Assembly (NCBI GenBank): GCA_902618385.1
Contig: CACNAF010000001.1
Location: 40,207-104,206, forward strand
Direction: 5' to 3'
Source: an uncultured Alphaproteobacteria bacterium
GTDB taxonomy: Bacteria; Pseudomonadota; Alphaproteobacteria; HIMB59; GCA-002718135
DNA length: 64,000 nucleotides
In this document: positions 63,045 to 64,000 of the stretch, in pieces
Layout of the letters: each line of letters starts with the position of its first letter
Numbering within the stretch: position 1 is the first letter of the stretch
The notes under the pieces: model-generated
What the model was told of the DNA's origin: nothing
What the model saw: only the letters and a program-made list of their open reading frames with translations
The model's database searches: none
Made by a program: the position numbers and the translations under genes

Positions 63045-64000
63045 CTACATTTATAATTGATTTCCACTTACTAATACTAGATGTTGAAATGGATTTGTTA
63101 ATATTTGCTTTTACTGTTTTATCTTTTTTCCAAAGTTTACTTATTTGGTTTGTATTTTTTAAATATCCAGATTGAATTGCTGCAAGATATGCTGCACCAA
63201 GTGAAGTAGTCTCAACATTACTTGGTCTAATAATTTTAATTTGAGAAATATTTGCTAAACTTTGTAGAAAGCTATTATTTTTAACCATACCTCCATCAAC
63301 TCTTATTTCACTAATCTTTGTCTTAGAATCTTTTTCCATACACTCAATTAATTCATAAGTTTGAAAAGATAGGCTGTCCAAAGTTGCTTTGATGATATCT
63401 TCTTTAGACGTATTTCTAGTGATGCCAAAAAATGTTCCTCTTGCATTAGGGTTCCAATATGGGGCGCCAAGTCCAGTTAAGGCTGGGACAAAAAATAAAC
63501 TTTCATCTTTATTAGCTTTTTTATACAATTTATCAGTTTCACTAGAATCTTTTATAAATTTTAAATTATCGCGAAGCCATTGTATGGCAGAGCCTGCTAC
63601 AAAAATACTTCCTTCATAACAAAACATTTTTTTACCATTTATTTTAAAAGCAACAGTTGTTAGTAATCTATTTTTAGATAATTTAAATTTTTCTCCAATA
63701 TTCATAAGAAGAAAACAGCCTGTACCATATGTACTTTTTGATTGCCCTTTTTTAAAACAAGCTTGACCAATTGTTGCTGACTGTTGGTCCCCAGCCATGC
63801 CTCCGATTGGTATTGAATCACCAAATAACTTAGTAGAGCCAAAATCATATGCATTTTCAACTACAGTTGGTAAGATATTTTTTGGAATATTAAATATTTT
63901 TAAAATTTTGTCAGACCACTGCTCTTTTTGAGAATCAAAAATCATAGTTCGTGAGGCATTTGATATATCTGTTAGGTGAGATTTTCCTTTGGTTAAATTC
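63028..64000 (-). CDS. glpK: Glycerol kinase, C-terminal ~2/3 (5' end runs off the window)
   Basis: GDQQSATIGQ, KSTYGTGCF, EGSIFVAGSAIQWLRD, FVPALTGLGAPYWNP and VDGGM motifs. The frame stays open to position 64000. Confidence 0.9.
   Translation of the reverse strand, partial: NLTKGKSHLTDISNASRTMIFDSQKEQWSDKILKIFNIPKNILPTVVENAYDFGSTKLFGDSIPIGGMAGDQQSATIGQACFKKGQSKSTYGTGCFLLMNIGEKFKLSKNRLLTTVAFKINGKKMFCYEGSIFVAGSAIQWLRDNLKFIKDSSETDKLYKKANKDESLFFVPALTGLGAPYWNPNARGTFFGITRNTSKEDIIKATLDSLSFQTYELIECMEKDSKTKISEIRVDGGMVKNNSFLQSLANISQIKIIRPSNVETTSLGAAYLAAIQSGYLKNTNQISKLWKKDKTVKANINKSISTSSISKWKSIINVVNNFY

Overview
This is an AT-rich window (about 30% G+C by eye, not computed). It is very gene-dense, with short or overlapping gene junctions. 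Conserved alphaproteobacterial blocks are present (clpS-clpA; murA-hisG-hisD-infA-yacG-tRNA-Phe), and many solute-binding proteins carry consensus Shine-Dalgarno sites. I infer a streamlined marine alphaproteobacterium of the SAR11/Pelagibacterales type. I support about 70 protein genes and 2 tRNAs (Thr-GGU, Phe-GAA). I saw no rRNA, CRISPR array, transposase, integrase or phage gene. The main theme is carbohydrate/polyol uptake and oxidation. There are three CUT1-type sugar ABC importers, of which only one has an ATPase, plus one single-NBD CUT2 (Frc/Rbs-like) importer with ThuA/ThuB-like genes. glpD and glpK lie at the two ends of the window. The rest is housekeeping: ugd, PMM/PGM, a DD-carboxypeptidase, pdxJ, ABC-F and the his genes. 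Leads for undescribed biology, best first: (1) two tandem ~720-aa proteins (44423-48770) that fuse an ADP-ribosylglycohydrolase-fold domain to a lectin-like beta-rich C-terminus, embedded in an ATPase-less sugar importer operon with an aldo-keto reductase and an MFS transporter; (2) two membrane di-iron desaturase-family paralogs, each heading a sugar-ABC operon, one together with an aldehyde dehydrogenase and ThuA/ThuB-like genes; (3) a tandem pair of internally duplicated unknown proteins with consensus SD sites next to tRNA-Thr; (4) an ABC importer whose two permeases both carry extra modules, preceded by a PhyH dioxygenase and a PanB-like protein that seems to lack the catalytic motifs; (5) eukaryote-type (sigma-like and mu-like) GSTs plus a kappa/HCCA-isomerase-like gene within 6 kb. 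All functional calls rest on motif recognition by eye. No database search was run.
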